Source: Spirochaetia bacterium (lineage in GTDB: Bacteria; Spirochaetota; Spirochaetia; UBA9216). Taken from it: a stretch of 64,000 bases of DNA. Shown piece after piece: positions 19,358 to 30,284 of the stretch (the stretch's first letter is position 1; every line of letters begins with the position of its first letter). The stretch lies in NCBI GenBank assembly GCA_963675665.1, contig OY776510.1, positions 32,001 to 96,000 on the forward strand, read 5' to 3'. The notes below the pieces were generated by a model. The model saw nothing but the letters and a program-made list of their open reading frames with translations. It was not told the origin of the DNA and made no database searches. The translations under genes and the position numbers were made by a program.

Positions 19358-20107
19358 ATGGATACCGCACAGACCGTTGCAAAAGCCCTTGGACTTCTTG
19401 AGCTGATCGGAAGAAACAGCCTTACCGCAACCCGGATTATCGAAGAAACAGACATTAATCGCAGCACAACCTACCGCCTGCTGGGAACCCTGGTACAACT
19501 CGGGTATGTCAGAAAGGATGAAAGCTCAGGCCTTTATTCGCTGTCGCCAAAAATTCTCACTTTAGCCTCTTCAGTCAGGGAAACAAAAAATATAAAAGAT
19601 ATCGCCCAACCTTTTATTGACGACCTTCATCATAAGACCCAGGAGACTATACACCTGGCGGTTCTTGATAACGACGAACTTGTATACCTGGACAAACGCG
19701 AATCAACACGAAACCTGAGGGTCGTAATGAGCTCAAAAACAGGAAGTCATGCGCCGCTGTACTGCACAGGAATAGGCAAAGTTCTTCTGGCCGGAATGCC
19801 TGAAAAACAGCTCCATGAATATATAAAAACAACCCGTTTTATCAAATACACAAAAAACACCATAGCGGGAGTTCAGGAGCTGCTGCAGGAAATCGACAAT
19901 ATCAGAATTGAGGGCTACGCCGAAGACCGTGAAGAACATGAAGACGGGGTTTATTGTATTGCCGCCCCGGTAACCAATTCTTCAGGAAGTACTATCGCCG
20001 CCTTCAGCGTCTCGCTGCCTTCAGTCCGCAAATCAGATAAACTGCTTCAGGAACTGATTACAGCCGTAAAAACCGCCTCAGAAAAAATATCCTTGGCTAT
20101 CAGATAG
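19358..20107 (+). CDS. IclR-family regulator (KdgR-like)
   Basis: RSTTYRLL, ETIHL, PLYCTGIGK, CIAAPV. Confidence 0.92.
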   Translation: MDTAQTVAKALGLLELIGRNSLTATRIIEETDINRSTTYRLLGTLVQLGYVRKDESSGLYSLSPKILTLASSVRETKNIKDIAQPFIDDLHHKTQETIHLAVLDNDELVYLDKRESTRNLRVVMSSKTGSHAPLYCTGIGKVLLAGMPEKQLHEYIKTTRFIKYTKNTIAGVQELLQEIDNIRIEGYAEDREEHEDGVYCIAAPVTNSSGSTIAAFSVSLPSVRKSDKLLQELITAVKTASEKISLAIR

Positions 20108-21536
20108 AAAGTTTTATAAGGTTATCTCGGTATTCTCCGGGAGTCAGACCGGTAATCTTTTTAAAAACTGAACAGAAATAGGCGGAATTCCTGAATCCGG
20201 CAAGTTCTGCAATTTCATAATTTCGGTAAGCTCCTGTGCTGATCAATTTTCTGGAAATGTCTATTCTGTACCGGCAAAGATAATCAGAAAAACTTGTCCC
20301 TGTTTCGCTCTTGAAAAGAGTACTGAAATATCCCTGACTTATACCGGCAGCATTCGCAACAACAGCCATATCAAGGTTTTTATCCGAATAGTTTTCAAGT
20401 ATACACTGCAAAGCCTGCCGGATTTCCCTGCGGCTGTTCCTGCTGCTTCCGCCTGCAATGTCCTCAAACAAATGACTTACCGTGTTTTTAATTATTCCCG
20501 GGATTTCTGAGATATCACAATCATTCTGAACCGCCCCGTACTTCCTGAAATCAGCGTTAATCATCTGCGCTTTTATCAGTTCAAGACCTTCTTTAAACAG
20601 CCCCGACATAAGAAAATCAGCGGAGGATTTTTCCACAATACAGTCCGAAAAAACTGCTTCAATCTCTTTTACAGCTTTTTCCGAGTCAGTCCAGTTAAAC
20701 CTTCTTACTGCATCAAACAATCTCAAACCTGCTTCCTCAACAACAGAGGCTTCAGCCTTCGGGAATTTCATCAGAGCTGAATATTCAGCGCTTTTCCTGC
20801 CTGAAAATCTTGAGGAATTAAGACATACATTCAAAGCTTCGCGATACAGTTCTTTTAATTTCAGCGGTTTACTGGTTGCGGAGCTTATACCTGTAAATGA
20901 ATCGGACGGAAACCTGCAAACCAGCTCTTCAGACTTCTGCCTGCAGTCCTGTACATTAGTGCCGGAAACGATAATTACAGTATATTTTCCCGCCGCAATT
21001 ACAGCAGCAGCTGATTTTTGTGTTTCAATTTTAACATCTGTCTTTACAACCATAACCATTAACTGTCTAATATCTGTAATTCCACAATAATCAAGGTTTT
21101 TAACAAGGTTCTTATTCGCTTCATCTTCAAATATCAGTTCTCTGAATATATTTTTAACAATTCTTTCATTGATGCTGCCGGCTACTTTACTCAGTAACGA
21201 TTCAAGTTCATCTTTTTTAACAGGTTTCAGCAGATAATCAACTGCACCCGCCCTCAGCGCCTTTCGGGCAAGTGAAAATTCATCATAACCGCTAAGAATA
21301 ATAAATTTGATTTTGTTATTCCATTTCCGGCATTCTTCAATCAGTTCAATTCCGTCAATAAAAGGCATTTTGATATCAGTGATAACGATATCGGGCATTT
21401 CATTTTTAAAGGCATTCAGGGCTACTTCTCCGTCTTCGTATCTTCCGATGACCTCCAGCCCGAAACTATCCCAGTCAATCAGTTTGAATACCCCGTCACG
21501 AATTTTGCGTTCATCATCTATAATGGCAACCTTCAA
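20100..21536 (-). CDS. YesN-like response regulator (REC + AraC HTH)
   Basis: IIDDE, TDIKMP, YLLKP; C-terminal YFSTLFK...YFCSVFKKITGLTPGEYR. Confidence 0.92.
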   Translation of the reverse strand: MKVAIIDDERKIRDGVFKLIDWDSFGLEVIGRYEDGEVALNAFKNEMPDIVITDIKMPFIDGIELIEECRKWNNKIKFIILSGYDEFSLARKALRAGAVDYLLKPVKKDELESLLSKVAGSINERIVKNIFRELIFEDEANKNLVKNLDYCGITDIRQLMVMVVKTDVKIETQKSAAAVIAAGKYTVIIVSGTNVQDCRQKSEELVCRFPSDSFTGISSATSKPLKLKELYREALNVCLNSSRFSGRKSAEYSALMKFPKAEASVVEEAGLRLFDAVRRFNWTDSEKAVKEIEAVFSDCIVEKSSADFLMSGLFKEGLELIKAQMINADFRKYGAVQNDCDISEIPGIIKNTVSHLFEDIAGGSSRNSRREIRQALQCILENYSDKNLDMAVVANAAGISQGYFSTLFKSETGTSFSDYLCRYRIDISRKLISTGAYRNYEIAELAGFRNSAYFCSVFKKITGLTPGEYRDNLIKLSI

Positions 21537-23266
21537 ACCGAAACTCCTTTTTTATACGGCAGAACCATTTTTACGGCAAACCCTTCGGGATTTCTGTTTT
21601 TGAATATAAGCCCGAAGGCACTTCCGTAAAAAATACGTATTCTGTCGTTCACATTCTTTAACCCGTAATGGGTACCTCCTGTATAATTATCCCTGTCCAG
21701 CTCATTAATTAATCTTGAAAAGTCTTCAGCTTCAGCTCCGGGACCGTCATCGTTAACCTCGATCACAACATTACAATTCTCTTCAAAAACATCTATCTCA
21801 ATTTTACCCGTACGTCTTTTTCTTCGCACACCGTGGTAGATCGCATTCTCGATAAGAGGTTGAATCAGCAATTTAAGAATACTGCTGTCAAGAATACTTT
21901 CGTCAATATTAAAATCGTAATCAAATGAATCCTCATATCTGATTTTCTGTATTATCAGATAATTTCGGGAATGCTCTATCTCTTCATGCAACGGTATAAT
22001 ATCGTTACCTTTGTTTAATCCTGTTCGAAGCATACTCGTCAGTGCATAATTCATTTCAATAATGTTTTCGTAATCTTTCTCCCGTGCAAGCCAGCTTATT
22101 GAATCCAGGGTATTGTATAAAAAGTGTGGATTTATCTGTGCCTGAAGCGCTCTCAGTTCGGCTTTTTTCAGATTCTTCTGTTCGGCTTCAATATCTTCCA
22201 GCAGCTGTTTTATTTTACTGAGCAGTTCATTGAAGCTGAACCCAAGTTCAGCTATCGTATCATGCCTGTTGGATGTATAACGTACCGATAAATCACCTCC
22301 CCTTGCCAGCATCATAAGCGACGACAGTTTTTCTACAGGTTTCATCACTGATCTCGAAATTATTACAGAAAGCAGAATGCAAAGGCAGATTGTAAGAAAA
22401 ATAACAAGGGCAATATTATATGTCAGTATATCAAAGTCCTTTTCAATCTGACGTGTAAAAATTACAGCATTAAGCGACCATCCGTCCGGAAGCAACTTTT
22501 TGCTGATGGTAAGATCATTGCGGCTCAGACTTATCTCAGGCGTCGGCTTATATATCTTATCCACACCGTTTTCGTAAATATAAATATTGCTCTGCGGACG
22601 TATTACAAGCTCTTCCGAATCGGAATAATTTATCAGCATCCTGGCGGTTTCGCCGATATTGAAGTCTGAAAGATTATTGAGATGTGTTTCGGTTATATCA
22701 ACAAGAATTACTCCAAGGAATCTTCCGCTCAGTTTATCCATTACCGGCACGCCCAATGATACAAGCCTGCTGTTTAAAGTCCGGGCTACAAAAGAGCCTT
22801 CGTGCGGAGGAAACCATACCGGTTTTCCGGATATGATTATTTCTGTAAACCATTTGCTCCCCCTGAAATCATCCTCCTTTATGGAAAAGAAACTCGACTT
22901 GAAAACAATGCCGTTCATGCCCGAGACATAAACACTCATTGCCCCCTCCCGGCTTCCGATAAGCGAGCTCAAACGCATATCACCCCTTCGCTGAAGATTA
23001 TATTCATCAACCCAGTCGGAAGGTTCCTGTTTAAGGATCTCCTGAAATTCAGGATCATTTCTTATTACCCCGGTCTGATGAACTGCTTCCTCAAGAACCT
23101 GGTTGATATCGTCTGCGAGCCGGTTTATTGCATCTTCGGTATAAGATATCACCAGATCCTTTCTTGAATCAGACAAAAGTTTATAGGAAAAGACACCTGT
23201 CCACACTGCCGGAACGGTAGACAGGATAAAAAATGAGAACAGCAGTTTTGTTCTGAAATTTAGCAA
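21533..23266 (-). CDS. YesM-like sensor histidine kinase (Cache-HAMP-kinase)
   Basis: Two TM segments, LQAQINPHFLYNTL, QPLIENAIYHG, YGLKNV. Confidence 0.92.
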   Translation of the reverse strand: MLNFRTKLLFSFFILSTVPAVWTGVFSYKLLSDSRKDLVISYTEDAINRLADDINQVLEEAVHQTGVIRNDPEFQEILKQEPSDWVDEYNLQRRGDMRLSSLIGSREGAMSVYVSGMNGIVFKSSFFSIKEDDFRGSKWFTEIIISGKPVWFPPHEGSFVARTLNSRLVSLGVPVMDKLSGRFLGVILVDITETHLNNLSDFNIGETARMLINYSDSEELVIRPQSNIYIYENGVDKIYKPTPEISLSRNDLTISKKLLPDGWSLNAVIFTRQIEKDFDILTYNIALVIFLTICLCILLSVIISRSVMKPVEKLSSLMMLARGGDLSVRYTSNRHDTIAELGFSFNELLSKIKQLLEDIEAEQKNLKKAELRALQAQINPHFLYNTLDSISWLAREKDYENIIEMNYALTSMLRTGLNKGNDIIPLHEEIEHSRNYLIIQKIRYEDSFDYDFNIDESILDSSILKLLIQPLIENAIYHGVRRKRRTGKIEIDVFEENCNVVIEVNDDGPGAEAEDFSRLINELDRDNYTGGTHYGLKNVNDRIRIFYGSAFGLIFKNRNPEGFAVKMVLPYKKGVSV

Positions 23267-24591
23267 ACTTTTATCTCTTCCAGTAATAAACTACTTCCTC
23301 CTTTTATTTTAACGCATATCTGTATGCTGGAGATTTCACCCGTTGCCCCAGGTTCAAACCGGTAACCGTCTAACAAAACAGGGAGTTCAGGACTGACCTC
23401 AATATCAGTATCAATTTCCGAAACGCATATGCCTCCACGGTTGAAAAGCCTTAAACTTATTTCTCCGGAATAAAACACGCCCAGCGATGCGGAGAGAGAC
23501 AATATGCCGTCTTTAGATAAAATTTCTGTTTCACCGACGGACACCCCGCCTCCGGCTACGGAGGCAATATGCTTGCCGGGCTGTATTGTTACAGTATATA
23601 TATTATAAATAAAACAGGTTTTCCCGCCGGGTTCCAATTCCGTCAGGGGGCCGAGAAGTTCAGCTTCAACAAACTGCTTCTCATTATCAGGCAGTACTAT
23701 TTTTCTGTCGAATCCGTAAAAGGCACCGGAACCATTCAGCCAGATTTCGACTGAAGAATTGTCAGGATACTGCCCGCCCGGATACCATGAAAATGTTTTA
23801 ACATAAGCTTTCCCTGAAAATCTGTCCGTTGTCGCAATCCAGCCTCCGTCGGAATCGATGCCGAATTTAGCCACCTCGTTTTTATACTTTACCTCAAGCA
23901 GCATACTTTCGTAATCAGCAGAAACCTGGTTCGTTCCCACCAGGCCGAATTGTTGAGAAAACCCCTCAGGGTAAATGCTGCTTTTATTTATCGGAACAGT
24001 AATAACAAGATCCCTGTCGACAGGATTAAGTTGGGAATTTGTCCAGATTCCCCATTTGTGCATAATATTATCCGTGTTAACCATTTCAACAAACACATTG
24101 ATACGTGTAGAATTATCGAAAGTCCTGATTTCACGGGTAAAACTGATCCCGAATTCATTGTTCTCCGAACTTTTCATAATCAGAGAGCCGTCTGAAACCC
24201 TGCAGTCCCACTTTCTGCCGTCAATCCCGGCCATGGGGGGGCCAGCATTCCAGTCATTCTGTGTAAGGCCTTTAAAACTGCAGAAATTCCTGTAGAATCC
24301 CCGGGCCCAACCCTGGGGTGACGGCCAGATCTTTTCCCCGCCCCAGTTAAGCCAGCCTCCGTCCCCGTCCAATCCCCCGGCAGGGACGGGGAGACCGCTG
24401 AGCTCATTATTTTCCCAGAGGAAATCATATCCGCCCATAGTCATCTGAATCATCCTGCCGCCCGCTTCCGGTCTGAAAACCAGCCTGAGGTAATTATTCT
24501 CTAAAATAACGGCCGACGCCCCGCGGTATTGCCCTGATGTAACCCGAACACTGTCGTGAGACAGAAGGGCATCACCGTCCACACTTTTCAT
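23260..24591 (-). CDS. DUF4380-like protein (galactose-mutarotase-like fold)
   Basis: LENNYLRL..RPEAGGR, WLNWGGEKIWPSPQ, YPDNSSVEIW, EAELLGPL. Confidence 0.65.
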   Translation of the reverse strand: MKSVDGDALLSHDSVRVTSGQYRGASAVILENNYLRLVFRPEAGGRMIQMTMGGYDFLWENNELSGLPVPAGGLDGDGGWLNWGGEKIWPSPQGWARGFYRNFCSFKGLTQNDWNAGPPMAGIDGRKWDCRVSDGSLIMKSSENNEFGISFTREIRTFDNSTRINVFVEMVNTDNIMHKWGIWTNSQLNPVDRDLVITVPINKSSIYPEGFSQQFGLVGTNQVSADYESMLLEVKYKNEVAKFGIDSDGGWIATTDRFSGKAYVKTFSWYPGGQYPDNSSVEIWLNGSGAFYGFDRKIVLPDNEKQFVEAELLGPLTELEPGGKTCFIYNIYTVTIQPGKHIASVAGGGVSVGETEILSKDGILSLSASLGVFYSGEISLRLFNRGGICVSEIDTDIEVSPELPVLLDGYRFEPGATGEISSIQICVKIKGGSSLLLEEIKVC

Positions 24592-25553
24592 CAGTCTTCG
24601 CTCTTCATATATTTTCTACTCTGTAGTATCACAACAAACAGCAGCAGCAGCCCGGTTATAATGACCTGCCACCACGAATTTATTGAACCGTTAAGATTTA
24701 TTATATTGGTTATCAGGCCGAATATCAGAACGCCTATAAAGGTGTTTACAATCTTTCCCTGGCCTCCGGTCAGAAGTGTTCCCCCGACAACGACTGCGGC
24801 AATGGCATCAAGCTCCCAGCCTGTTCCGGCTACAAACTGTCCGGCCCCGAGCCTTGAGGCAAGAATACATCCGGCAAGCGCTGCAAGCCCTCCGTTTAAA
24901 ATATAACAGACTATCTTTATCTTGGTAACTTTTAGACCCATCATGCCGGCAGCTTCTTCGTTTCCACCCAGCGCATAAACTGCCCTTCCGAAGGATGTAT
25001 ATTTAAGGATATAAGAAAAAATGAAAGCCGCGATTATCATAATCCAGGCTGGGACGGGAAGGTACAATAAATATCCCCGACCCAGAAACTTGAAACTGTC
25101 TAAAGCCTTATCAACAGTTATAGTCGTCATATCCGTAAAAATATATATAACCCCCCGAAGCGCAATCATCATTACAAGCGTACCGATAAACGGGACAATA
25201 CGGGCAAAGGTAACCAAAGCCCCGTTAATCAGGCCGATTAATAGCCCCACCGCAAGCGGAACAGCAACTGCCGGAAGGATTCCGTAACGGGTAAAATAGG
25301 CCGTAAGCACTGCCGATAATCCGACGATTGATCCAACCGATAAATCTATTCCCCCAATAAGGATAACAAATGTCATCCCGAAACCGACAAGACCGAGCAT
25401 GCTGACCTGCCTTAAAATGTTGGTAAGGTTCCGGTACTGCAGAAAATTCCTGTAAAGAGCCGCCGCCGCAATGAAAAGAATTATCATCGAGATAAGCGCC
25501 CCGTTCTCTATCAGTCTTTCTTTTAGTGTATTACTCTCAGGCAATTTCATCAT
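24591..25553 (-). CDS. Monosaccharide ABC permease (YjfF-like)
   Basis: GMTFVILIGGIDLSVG, FGRAVYALGGNEEAA, WELDAIAAVVVGGTLLTGG. Confidence 0.9.
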   Translation of the reverse strand: MMKLPESNTLKERLIENGALISMIILFIAAAALYRNFLQYRNLTNILRQVSMLGLVGFGMTFVILIGGIDLSVGSIVGLSAVLTAYFTRYGILPAVAVPLAVGLLIGLINGALVTFARIVPFIGTLVMMIALRGVIYIFTDMTTITVDKALDSFKFLGRGYLLYLPVPAWIMIIAAFIFSYILKYTSFGRAVYALGGNEEAAGMMGLKVTKIKIVCYILNGGLAALAGCILASRLGAGQFVAGTGWELDAIAAVVVGGTLLTGGQGKIVNTFIGVLIFGLITNIINLNGSINSWWQVIITGLLLLFVVILQSRKYMKSED

Positions 25554-25560
25554 AACACCC

Positions 25561-26502
25561 CTATCTGTTATTCCGGTTTTGTACATAAAGCACGATAAGG
25601 ATAATCGCGGCCTTGATAATCAGTGAATATGCATACTGAATATTGTTCATATTAACCATCGTGGTGATAAACTGAATAATCAGCGCCCCTACAACCGTCC
25701 CTGTAAGCTTAAGCCTTCCGCCGCTCATCGACGTACCGCCGATAGCCACTGCCGCAATACAGTCCATTTCAATATTACGTCCTATTGTATTCGGATCAGC
25801 AGCACATATTCGTGCTGTTTCAAAAATAGCTGCGGTTCCAGTCAGAAGTGCATTTATGACGTAAACAATCATAATAGTCTTAAGCATATCCACACCGACA
25901 AGTCGTGCAGCAGTCCGGTTATCTCCCACGGCCTCAATATTTTTACCGAAGGCTGTATTCTGAATAATAAACCTGCATACAAAAAACAGAAGGACAAGAA
26001 TAACAACCTGAACGGGAATCTGCCCAGCAAATTTATATAAACCAAGATCGGTAAATGCGTTGTCGTAAAAAGAGATTATCATTGCATCGTTTACCAGCTG
26101 GGCAACCCCCCTTCCCGACATCATTAAGATCAGCGTTACAATAATCGGCTGAATATTGAACCTTGCAATTATGAAACCGTTGAAAATTCCAAAAAGCGCT
26201 GCCGCGCCAAGGGCAATCAGCACAGAAAGATAAATATTCCATTCAAAGATGATTATAAATTTTGCGACGACAATCGAGGTAAAAGCCATGATTGAGCCGA
26301 CGGAAATGTCGATACCTCCGGTACCTATTACCATCGTCATGCCGAATGATATCAGCATTACCGGAAATATCTGCATCAGCATATTCCACATGGTAGTTAC
26401 CTGAAGAAAATTCTTCGTGAAAATGCTGTTGAATATTATAAGGACTGCAAGGATTATCAGCCCGCTTCCTTCTATCAACAAGGTACGTTTATTAGCTTCC
26501 AT
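25561..26502 (-). CDS. Monosaccharide ABC permease (YtfT-like)
   Basis: GMTMVIGTGGIDISVG, IQPIIVTLILMMSGRGVAQL, EMDCIAAVAIGGT. Confidence 0.9.
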   Translation of the reverse strand: MEANKRTLLIEGSGLIILAVLIIFNSIFTKNFLQVTTMWNMLMQIFPVMLISFGMTMVIGTGGIDISVGSIMAFTSIVVAKFIIIFEWNIYLSVLIALGAAALFGIFNGFIIARFNIQPIIVTLILMMSGRGVAQLVNDAMIISFYDNAFTDLGLYKFAGQIPVQVVILVLLFFVCRFIIQNTAFGKNIEAVGDNRTAARLVGVDMLKTIMIVYVINALLTGTAAIFETARICAADPNTIGRNIEMDCIAAVAIGGTSMSGGRLKLTGTVVGALIIQFITTMVNMNNIQYAYSLIIKAAIILIVLYVQNRNNR

Positions 26503-27994
26503 GAGTTATAGCTTCCATTATATTTTTCTCGGTTATTTCTTCGTAGAAAAGTTCTTTTGTTATATGACCTTCCCTTATTACAATAACCCGGTCGCAGCCA
26601 CGAATCAGTTCCTCAAATTCAGACGATATCATTACCACACTTATTCCGGAGGCCGCCATTTCCTGAATAATCTTCTCAATTTCAGCTTTTGCGCCTACAT
26701 CAATACCCCGCGTAGGTTCATCCAGAATTATAAGCTCAGGCTGAACTGCAAGCCACCGGGATAGAATCACTTTCTGCTGGTTACCGCCGCTGAGATTACG
26801 AATCCTTTCACGCGGCGATGGAGTTTTAATTCTGATTTTTTCTGTAAATTCATTACATAACCTGTCCAGTTTTCTTTTGTCCAGCACACCACCCCTGCTG
26901 CACCGCTTCAGACTTGCAATAGTCAGATTTTCCTTAACTGATAAAAACGGGAAGATTCCTTCGCTTTTCCGGTTTTCCGAACAGAAAGCAATATTCCTGG
27001 AGATTGCCTCTTTCGGTTTATTAAAAACAACCCGTTCCCCGTTGATCAAAATCCTTCCGGATTCAGGTTTGTCCGCTCCGAAAAGTATCCGGGCAAGCTC
27101 GGTCCGGCCGGAACCGAGAAGTCCTGCGAATCCGAGAATTTCACCCCGCCGTATTTCAAAATCAACACCGTTAAGTTTTTTCCCTCGGATGATATTTTCT
27201 GCTGTTATGAAGGGTTTGGTATTTTTGTAATCTATTCGTTTTTCCTTCACATTCTTTAAAAGATTGGTCGCATCGCGCCCGATCATAAGTGTCACAAGTT
27301 CGAGTTGTGAGATATTGTCCGTTTTATAGCTTCCGACAAGTTTTCCATCCCTGAGAATTGTTATCTCATCCGAAATATGAAAAACCTCGCTTAATCTGTG
27401 ACTGATAAATATTGTTGCAATATTTCGTTTTTTAAGTTCTTCAATAACGTTAAAAAGGATTTTAACTTCATCATCGTCAAGAGAAGAGGTTGGCTCGTCC
27501 ATTACGACCAGCTTTGATTCTATTGAAATAGCCCGGCTTATAGCCACCATCTGCTGAATGGCCGCACCGAACCTGTTAAGAGGCAGAGTGACATCAACAT
27601 CAATGCATAGCCCCTGCAAAAGGTCTTCGGCTCCCCGGTTTATTTCGTCCCAGAGGATACGACCGTTCCTCTTCATTTCTCTTCCTATAAATATATTCTC
27701 TGCAACCGACAATGTGGGAATAAGATTCAGCTCCTGGTAAATTGTACTGATACCGACATGCTGCGCATCCAGGGGGTTTCGTGGATTGATTTCATTCCCG
27801 TTAAAAATAATTTTTCCTGCATCCTTTTTATACAGCCCGGTAAGCACCTTAATCAGCGTCGATTTCCCGGCGCCGTTCTCTCCCATTATCGAATGCACAC
27901 TGCCTTCAGATATCGACAAATCGACTTCAGACAACGCCCTGACCCCGGTGAAAGATTTTGAAATAGATATCATTTCAAGTATTTTTGCGTTCAT
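26492..27994 (-). CDS. Monosaccharide ABC ATPase, tandem NBD (YtfR-like)
   Basis: GENGAGKST, MDEPTSSL, GLLGSGRT, LSGGNQQK, DEPTRGIDVGAK. Confidence 0.93.
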   Translation of the reverse strand: MNAKILEMISISKSFTGVRALSEVDLSISEGSVHSIMGENGAGKSTLIKVLTGLYKKDAGKIIFNGNEINPRNPLDAQHVGISTIYQELNLIPTLSVAENIFIGREMKRNGRILWDEINRGAEDLLQGLCIDVDVTLPLNRFGAAIQQMVAISRAISIESKLVVMDEPTSSLDDDEVKILFNVIEELKKRNIATIFISHRLSEVFHISDEITILRDGKLVGSYKTDNISQLELVTLMIGRDATNLLKNVKEKRIDYKNTKPFITAENIIRGKKLNGVDFEIRRGEILGFAGLLGSGRTELARILFGADKPESGRILINGERVVFNKPKEAISRNIAFCSENRKSEGIFPFLSVKENLTIASLKRCSRGGVLDKRKLDRLCNEFTEKIRIKTPSPRERIRNLSGGNQQKVILSRWLAVQPELIILDEPTRGIDVGAKAEIEKIIQEMAASGISVVMISSEFEELIRGCDRVIVIREGHITKELFYEEITEKNIMEAITHGS

Positions 27995-28018
27995 AATTCA
28001 TCCGTTGTTTATGTGGCA

Positions 28019-28054
28019 AAAACAGCCTGGCCTGTTAAAAGACCGGGCTGTTTT
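28019..28054. terminator. Intercistronic stem-loop after the binding-protein gene
   Basis: AAAACAGCCTGG...CCGGGCTGTTTT. Confidence 0.55.
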
Positions 28055-28070
28055 CTGTTTTTAAAGATAA

Positions 28071-29030
28071 TCAGAAAGCTTCAGGCAAATATGCTTCAGC
28101 ATTTTTAATGGTTATTTCGCGTCCCTTGTTCTCAATAAAAACAGGAATCTTTTCTCCCGCCTCAAGCCTTTCGATGGTATCAAAAGAAATCGGTCCGAAA
28201 TAAGGGGTACATTCGATAGTGCCAAGCATCTCGCCGGCGAGAATTGCTTTAGCGGCATCCTTAAACCCTCCGAAACCTACAACTACAACATCGTTACCCG
28301 GAGCAATTCCGGCAGCCTTAAGAGCCTGAATGGAGCCGATTGCGCACTCGTCATCATGACCGAATACAGCATCAATCTGGTCGCCGTATGACTGAATAAC
28401 ATTTTCCATTGCCGCCTGGGCTATACCCCTTGTGAATTCACCGTTTTGTACGGCAATAATGTTCAGGTTCGGGTACTTCGCAATTTCCTCTTCAAACCCC
28501 TTCTGAAGATCAATTGCAACTGAAGAGCCCGGGGTACCGGTGATTACGACTATATTTGCGTCCTTCCCGTCGAAATGATTAGCCAGAAGCTGCGCATCCT
28601 GACGACCCGCGTTAACAAAATCGCCCCTGATACATGTGACATAATCTACACCCGGAACACCGGCCGCATCCCTGTCGATCAGGATAACCGGAATACCGGC
28701 TTCCTTTGCCGCTTCAAGAGCGGGGGCTATTCCGTCGAACTCTCTGGGAGCAAGCAGAATATAATCCGGATTGTTTGCGATAATGTCCTCGACATCCGAA
28801 ACCTGTTTGGCGGTATCGCCCTGGGCATCAGTATAGATAAGTTTTACACCGCGTTTTTCTGCTTCGGACTTAACGCTTCCGGTCTCCGCAACACGCCAGG
28901 CGTTGTTGATTTCCATCTGGGAAAAAGCTACAACAAGTTCCCCGTCTTCTCCGCTTTCCTGCTGCCCGCCTGCAAAACAGAAGCCTGCAAGAATCATTAC
29001 TGTCAGTACAAGACAAATACTCTTTTTCAT
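28071..29030 (-). CDS. Sugar ABC substrate-binding protein (YtfQ/galactofuranose-like)
   Basis: AFSQME.NNAWRVAET, TDAQG...KQ, IPVILIDR, GTIECTP..GP; ATG at 29030 with GGAG RBS. Confidence 0.85.
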   Translation of the reverse strand: MKKSICLVLTVMILAGFCFAGGQQESGEDGELVVAFSQMEINNAWRVAETGSVKSEAEKRGVKLIYTDAQGDTAKQVSDVEDIIANNPDYILLAPREFDGIAPALEAAKEAGIPVILIDRDAAGVPGVDYVTCIRGDFVNAGRQDAQLLANHFDGKDANIVVITGTPGSSVAIDLQKGFEEEIAKYPNLNIIAVQNGEFTRGIAQAAMENVIQSYGDQIDAVFGHDDECAIGSIQALKAAGIAPGNDVVVVGFGGFKDAAKAILAGEMLGTIECTPYFGPISFDTIERLEAGEKIPVFIENKGREITIKNAEAYLPEAF

Positions 29031-29147
29031 GACATTCTCCTTTAATTGTTTTACACAGGGTAGCACTGGAATTTCAGAGCCCGCAATTCAATATGACATT
29101 AATTTATTTCAATATAATCAGATCCTGCCCATCAGGGCATGTTCCTC

Positions 29148-30284
29148 TTACCAGTCGACAATTGTCCCGTCGTCATCGGCGTAAAGTCTCGGCGAATCCC
29201 AGGAACCGTCGTATGAACGTTCAGCGACAACTTCCTCATTCACCTCGATACCGAGACCCGGTTTATTATTGATTTTCACATAACCATCCTCAACCCTGAA
29301 GGGATCGGCAAGATACCCCACTCCGAGGTCCCACTCTTCCTTCATGCCGAAGTGCTCAGCTATCAGAAAGTTTGGAGTACAGGCGCCGAGCTGTATATTT
29401 GCCGCAAGCGAAACCGGGCCCAACGGATTATGAGGAGCAACCTTGCAGTAATATGCTTCAGCCATTGCAGCTATGCGGCGCACCTCGGTTATTCCCCCGG
29501 CATGGCAGAGATCAGGCTGAACAATATTAACAGCGCCTGATTCAAAGAGCGGACGGAAAGCTCCCCGACCGACAAGTCTCTCGCCGGTGGCTATTGAGGC
29601 TCCGGTCGCCCCGGCTATGCGCGCCATTGCGTCCGTGTTTTCAGGCAGGCAGGCTTCCTCTACAAACAGGGGGTAATATTGTTCTATCCCCCTGATTACC
29701 TGGATCGCAATGTCCGGATTAAGCCTGCCGTGAAAGTCGATAGCTATATCCATATCGTCCCCGACGGCTTCCCGGATCTCGCCGAAACGCACTATCTGAG
29801 ATTCAATATACCGTTTTACACCCCGGTTTGCCGTAAAGGGTTCAACCAGAATTTTGATTGCGGTAAATCCGTTTTTCTTGCGCTCAAGCGCCCGTGTTAT
29901 AATCTTTTCAGTCGTGGCGCCCCAGCAATGACCGTAAATTCTTATTTTGTCACGGTAAACGCCCCCGAGCATTTCATACACGGGAAGGCCGTAATGCTTT
30001 CCCTTTATATCCATCAACGCCTGTTCTATTCCGCTCAGAGCGCTCATCATTATGACCCCGCCCCGATAGAAAGTGTTGCGGTACATCGACTGCCAGAGAT
30101 ATTCGGTTCTGAGAGGGTCTTGTCCAATCAGAAAATCCCTATGCTCCATAACTGCGGCCTCAACCGTCCGGGCCCGCCCCTCGAGAATAGGTTCGCCCCA
30201 GCCTGTTGTTCCCTCATCGGTGGAAATCTTCAAAAAACTCCATCGCGGTTTTACATGAAATATTTCAATATCGGTTATTTTCAT
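29148..30284 (-). CDS. dgoD: Galactonate dehydratase (enolase superfamily)
   Basis: PRW.FLKI.TDEG..GWGEPILEGRARTV, FYRGG, DFHGR, ATGERL, APHNPLGP, D...DW C-terminus. Confidence 0.88.
   Translation of the reverse strand: MKITDIEIFHVKPRWSFLKISTDEGTTGWGEPILEGRARTVEAAVMEHRDFLIGQDPLRTEYLWQSMYRNTFYRGGVIMMSALSGIEQALMDIKGKHYGLPVYEMLGGVYRDKIRIYGHCWGATTEKIITRALERKKNGFTAIKILVEPFTANRGVKRYIESQIVRFGEIREAVGDDMDIAIDFHGRLNPDIAIQVIRGIEQYYPLFVEEACLPENTDAMARIAGATGASIATGERLVGRGAFRPLFESGAVNIVQPDLCHAGGITEVRRIAAMAEAYYCKVAPHNPLGPVSLAANIQLGACTPNFLIAEHFGMKEEWDLGVGYLADPFRVEDGYVKINNKPGLGIEVNEEVVAERSYDGSWDSPRLYADDDGTIVDW

Noticed and set aside
18688-19401. 237-aa plus-strand ORF
   Set aside because: Antisense shadow of eda
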